Below, piece after piece: positions 1-64,000 of a stretch of DNA of 64,000 nt. Origin of the DNA: Tubiluchus corallicola (taxonomy: Eukaryota > Animalia > Priapulida). Position 1 is the stretch's first letter. Each line of letters starts with the position of its first letter. The notes under the pieces were generated by a model that was given only the letters and a program-made list of their open reading frames with translations, made no database searches and had not been told where the DNA came from. A program made the translations under genes and the position numbers. The stretch spans positions 72,644 to 136,643 of the forward strand of contig JAQGDQ010000577.1 of the NCBI GenBank assembly GCA_030141605.1, given 5' to 3'.

Positions 1-186
1 TCATTTATGCAGCCTTTTTCTTATACAGAAGGTGAGATACTGAACCATCAGAGGTACTTAGCCATTTCCTCAATTAGATTACTGCGTAAAATTAGTATGG
101 TGAATAAGACCACAAGGGTCAAATATTGAACTCGGTGGTCAACTCTTAATGCACAGACCAGTCTGGGCGTTGCTTAACATTACATC

Positions 187-415
187 GGGTGGAGTAGCTC
201 AATGGCAGCATGCTCGCTTATCACCCGGGATGTCGTGGGTTCAACTCTCGACCGAGTCATACCAAAGACTTGAAAAATGGTAACGCTGCTTCTTCCACTA
301 AGCACTCGGGTTTATCGAAGTAACGTGTGGGTAATAATAATCGGGACTACCTTGGAAATAAGTATTGAGTTACTTAAGGTGTTATCCTTGGATTATGTCT
401 TAAACGAAATTATTA
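187..415 (+). mobile_element. tRNA-derived SINE
   Basis: A box (TAGCTCAATGG) and B box (GGTTCAACTC) followed by GAGTCATACCAAAGACTTGAAAAATGGTA central domain. Confidence 0.7.
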
Positions 416-512
416 TTGTTGGTCACTAAGCACATACTGTGACCACTTGGCTATTTTTAACACTCTGAGATAGCCTGCCATGTTTTTAATATTTACTGCT
501 TTGTTTTTTTAG

Positions 513-59359
<58,847 letters not shown>

Positions 59360-59375
59360 GTAAGGCTGTTTGTCT

Positions 59376-60590
59376 CATCGTCTGTTTGTTATTGAGCGTA
59401 ACAGACTGTGACAGACACATGGTGAGACATCGTCTGTTTGTTATTGAGCGTAACAGACTGTGACAGACACATGGTGAGACATCATCTGTTTGCTATTGAG
59501 CATAACAGACTGTGACAGACACATGGTGAGACATCGTCTGTTTGTTATTGAGTGTAACAGATTGTGACAGACACATGGTGAGACATCGCCTGTTTGTTAT
59601 TGAGCGTAACAGACTGTGACAGACACATGGTGAGACATCGTCTGTTTGTTATTGAGCGTAACAGACTGTGACAGACACATGGTGAGACATTGTCTGTTTG
59701 TTATTGACCGTAACAGATTGTGACAGACACATGGTGAGACATCATCTGTTTGCTATTGAGCATAACAGACTGTGACAGACACATGGTGAGACATCGTCTG
59801 TTTGTTATTGAGTGTAACAGATTGTGACAGACACATGGTGAGACATCGCCTGTTTGTTATTGAGCGTAACAGACTGTGACAGACACATGGTGAGACATCG
59901 TCTGTTTGTTATTGACCGTAACAGATTGTGACAGACACATGGTGAGACATCGTCTGTTTGTTATTGAGCGTAACAGACTGTGACAGACACATGTTGAGAC
60001 ATCGTCTGTTTGTTATTGAGCGTAACAGATTGTTATTGAGCGTAACAGACTATGACAGACGCATGGTGAGACATTGTCTGTTTGTTATTGACCGTAACAG
60101 ATTGTGACAGACACATGGTGAGACATCGTCTGTTTGTTATTGACCGTAACAGACTGTGACTGACACGTGGTGAGACATCGTCTGTTTGTTATTGACCGTA
60201 ACAGACTGTGACAGACACATGGTGAGACATCGTCTGTTTGTTATTGAGCGTAACAGACTGTGACAGACACATGGTGAGACATCGTCTGTTTGTTATTGAC
60301 CGTAACAGACTGTGACAGACACATGGTGAGACATCGTCTGTTTGTTATTGAGCGTAACAGACTGTGACAGACACATGGTGAGACATCGTCTGTTTGTTAT
60401 TGACCGTAACAGACTGTGACAGACACATGGTGAGACATCGTCTGTTTGTTATTGAGCGTAAAAGACTGTGACAGACACATGGTGGGACATAATCTGTTTG
60501 TTATTGAGCATAAAAGACTGTGACAGACATATGGTGAGACATCGTCTGTTTGTTATTGAGCATACAGATTGTGACAGACGCATGGTAGGA
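59376..60590. repeat. 52-bp minisatellite, ~23 copies, each with an internal hairpin
   Basis: Unit CATCGTCTGTTTGTTATTGAGCGTAACAGACTGTGACAGACACATGGTGAGA. Confidence 0.95.
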
Positions 60591-60795
60591 CAGTCAGCAA
60601 TTCATCTTTTTAATAATGACGATTCTTAAATCTCCATTAAAATATGGCGTCAGAAGCAAAAGCGTTCCAACCAAATTTATTCACCATGACATTTCACCAG
60701 ACGCTTCTTCCACGCTAATAAAAAAGACTTCTGCAATAATATTATAAAAATTGAATTTGTCGCATATAAGATCTATCACCGACATAAAAGTTGAG

Positions 60796-60912
60796 TCAAA
60801 GTTTTACCACCATATCACACCCTATACACAGCTTTACCTACATGTAACTTACTTCAAAGTTTTACCACCATATCACACCCTATACACAGCTTTACCTACA
60901 TGTAACTTACTT
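60796..60912. repeat. 58-bp perfect tandem duplication
   Basis: CAAAGTTTTACCACCATATCACACCCTATACACAGCTTTACCTACATGTAACTTACTT twice. Confidence 0.9.
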
Positions 60913-62694
60913 GCTAGATGTATTTTTGGAAGGTGAAAATATTTCTAAACTGTATATGTTACATATACTTTTTTCTTCTTTTTCGGTATGGTTATACGGG
61001 TAAAATTTTACACAGTAGGTACAGAGGCTTCTTAATACATACTTTGATTGTAGTCGAACTTTAGTTGTAACAACATTATTGCAAATACATTTCACATAAG
61101 TGCGAAAGTTGTATCTTCTTAAATGTCTTGGCAAACAATTTTTATTGAATTCTTAACTGTAAACAAACAGTAAAATTAGAGCTGGGCAGATATACATTAT
61201 TACCACTACACTTATTTACATATTTATAGTGTACAATTCTAGTGTAATAGTGTACAATTAAGTGATTCCTCACCTATTGGATTGCTGTCAGTGGGAGACT
61301 GGCTAAGATTTTGGTTCTCTTAACATGTCTGATGTATTTATCATGTGTTGATGTTTTAATTAGCTGTTGCTACTTTTTGCTTTGTTTGTCATATAAAGAG
61401 TTGCTTAGTAGGCTCTTCCAGATTCTAAACCAAAGCTGCTGAATTGAAAAACTTTATGGTTTTGTCTGCATATCCCTTTTACATTTCTATTGTTGCTTCA
61501 TGGAAGAATAACTATGATGTCTGCTTCCGTGAACGTGTTAAAATTTAAGCAAAATGTTGGTTGTTTGTAGCATTCTACGATGCATAAAAAGCAAAGACTT
61601 TCTCAGTGTTTATACATGTTTATACACGCGAAATGTTCTTTTTTATTTGTTGGAGTATAAATCAGTTAAAAAGATCTTCATGTGGACATGGTATGACTCT
61701 CTATTTGTCACAGACGGTTAATGTCGAAAACGAAAATCAGTAAAAATTTGCATTGTTTTGTCTAACAGTGAATGGGACACTTTCTGTTTAGAACAAGTGA
61801 ATTAATTTTGAGAAAATTAGAATGTGCTTTCAAACAAGGAGACAATGATTCTGTTGATTGTGTGACTTTTGTGGAAACCGTGTAGACTGAAAGTTAGAAC
61901 GATTATATGCAGTCGAGGAAATTTTCTGTTGCGCTTGCACTTGCGAGTGCGTATTGGTGCGCGAGCTCCTAGTTCAATGCAAAATCAGTTTGAAAGAGTC
62001 TTAGAATACGCGAAATATCAGAGGCCATTTGCAGACGTATGCCGCAAGGAAGTTAGTAGTTTGTTGAACTGTAATTTAGCATTTAGGTAAGTATGCAAAA
62101 ATTACAATGAAAATAACAGTGAACACATTCTGTTTGAATTTACAATGGAACTAACTGTGAATTCCGTGATATAACCCCCCCCCCCATCTAACCTATGGAT
62201 GTTATGTAACAAAATGAATTCTGGTATTGCTGTAATCGTTTTCATTAGATATATCCTACAGCTGATTACCGGATACATTCCATGTATAAAAAAACAGCCT
62301 CAGAGCTGATAATCATATATACTTATCCTGATTTTCGGAGATAGATGGATAAAGTTGTATATGCAATATGTATATCCAAGCTTTAAAAAAGTGCTTTGAT
62401 GATTAAAAAGTAGAACATTCAGTTTTCCAAAATTGTATCATTTTTGACAAAAACCATGGAATGTAATATGGGAGTTTTTTAAATAGGCAAGCAAGAAGAT
62501 AGCAAAAATTGTTAAAATTCTTATTCTTCTTTACACTTTTATTTAATTTTTTCAATTTCATAGTAATCTAATAATAATTATTTACACATAGAATTTTTGA
62601 ACAACATCTTAATATTTGCTTACGTCCAGTGTTTTGAACTAAATAGCAACATTTTGTGATGTAATATGTACTAAATTTACTGTCTATTTTGTAG

Positions 62695-63078
62695 ATGGAA
62701 GCATTTGCAAAATATGCTTTTTATTTATGCTTGTGCTTGACTACACTGCTAACACCAACTGAGTCGTGCACGAAAGCAGCGGTAAAAAAGTTAATAGGCA
62801 AAGATATAGGCAAGTGTACGCCGAAAACAGAACCCGGGAAGGCTCACGTACGTGTGTGTTATGGTTGCGCTAAAGACTGGAACCACTCTCCAAGTGCTGG
62901 CCAGGATTTGTACATAAAGTGCTGCAATGGGGAGGACGGAAAGTGGGAGCATTGTAAATCATACTGTGATAAATATCCCTGGATTTGCAGAGTGTACCGT
63001 GTCAAGAGTTCTGCAGTTTGGGTCACGATGAACATGTCTGTTACGTTGCCATTTTTGTTTGTTTATCTTTGTCGTTAA
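62695..63078 (+). CDS. Small secreted cysteine-rich protein, possibly GPI-anchored
   Basis: 127 aa; N-terminal hydrophobic signal, C-CxxC-CC-CxxxC-C scaffold, hydrophobic C-tail; ttttgtag acceptor directly before ATG; AATAAA at 63126. Confidence 0.7.
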   Translation: MEAFAKYAFYLCLCLTTLLTPTESCTKAAVKKLIGKDIGKCTPKTEPGKAHVRVCYGCAKDWNHSPSAGQDLYIKCCNGEDGKWEHCKSYCDKYPWICRVYRVKSSAVWVTMNMSVTLPFLFVYLCR

Positions 63079-64000
63079 TTTAAGTAAACAAAATTACATA
63101 AATCTCAAAAATGCAATCTTCACGAAATAAATGAATATTTTGTTCCCTCTGCCAATGTGTTCTTTTATTGATTTTTTTGTCAGTTAGATTGGCTCAATGC
63201 ACACATAGACATGCATTTATTTTATTCATCCCATTAACCCAAAGAGTACCAAAACCAAACACTAAGCATGTTGCAAGAAAAAGCGCAATGCGCTCATCAC
63301 ATTGTATTCGATTATTTTTGTGGGTTTCTACTCCTCACAGAATGGAGTTTCATGCAAAATTTCATATGAAATGCACTTGCTTACTTCAGACAAATTAAAA
63401 ATTGATTTTTGACAAATAAATTGAAAAAAGCTTTCAGTAACTGCAGTGTTTGCACCGTACAAAGTACAGTACAAAATTTCATCTATCCAGACACTACACT
63501 CTGATACACTTTATCTTCAAGTCTACTCTATTTTTAAAGAGAAATTCCTGTTAAAAAATGAAACAAACTTAATTTGTCCTTGGCTGATTCATTGGTTTTT
63601 GCTGGAATAACTCAGAACACTGCACAGCTTGGCCTGTAGGAAGCAGGCGATCACTAAATTAGTGTGTACGATCACGCAAGTGTACACCAGACTAAGCTAC
63701 TTAATAAGCTGAGCTGGGGTGCCTGAAGAGGGTTGTGTTTTTTTTAATTTTATGCAATTAAATCACTTATAAATGTTTAAACAAATAGCCTGGTTGGATG
63801 GCTATCTCCTAAATAGGACAGTACCTAATTTGTAATCATTTAGTTATGTCTGTACTCGTACAGTAGCAGAAAAATCATTGGTCTTATAATACTTATTTTG
63901 AACAGTGCGGCCCTGAAGGAGTTAAAACAAGATATGATTCCTTATTTGCTACAAATTGTTGAAGTCACTGCAGAAAATCTATAAAAATTTGCATTCTATC

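Noticed and set aside
29-53. Possible usherin micro-exon (ag...gt)
   Set aside because: The frame needed to join the phase-0 exon at 513 contains a stop codon
187-260. Functional tRNA gene
   Set aside because: Cloverleaf stems incomplete and the sequence continues into a SINE body
59376-60590. CRISPR-like array
   Set aside because: Contiguous repeats, no unique spacers, no cas genes, eukaryotic intron

Overview
AT-rich eukaryotic (metazoan, probably non-arthropod invertebrate) genomic DNA, not prokaryotic. Most of the window is the interior of one large + strand usherin (USH2A-like) gene. I can trace 45 GT-AG exons with consistent phases from 513 to 59359: end of the laminin N-terminal domain, laminin-EGF repeats, FN3 repeats, two laminin-G domains, then further FN3 repeats. 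The start and the C-terminal part lie outside the window. Two genes appear nested in introns: an antisense class A GPCR with an uninterrupted ORF (27566-28519) and a same-strand small Cys-rich secreted, possibly GPI-anchored protein (62695-63078). Introns carry 5S rRNA-headed SINEs, tRNA-derived SINEs, several MITE families, solo-LTR-like elements, Tc1 and L2 relics, a ~1.3 kb foldback structure and many minisatellites. Two repeat arrays are decayed tandem copies of the gene's own splice junctions. Family assignments come from motif recognition and memory; no database search was run.
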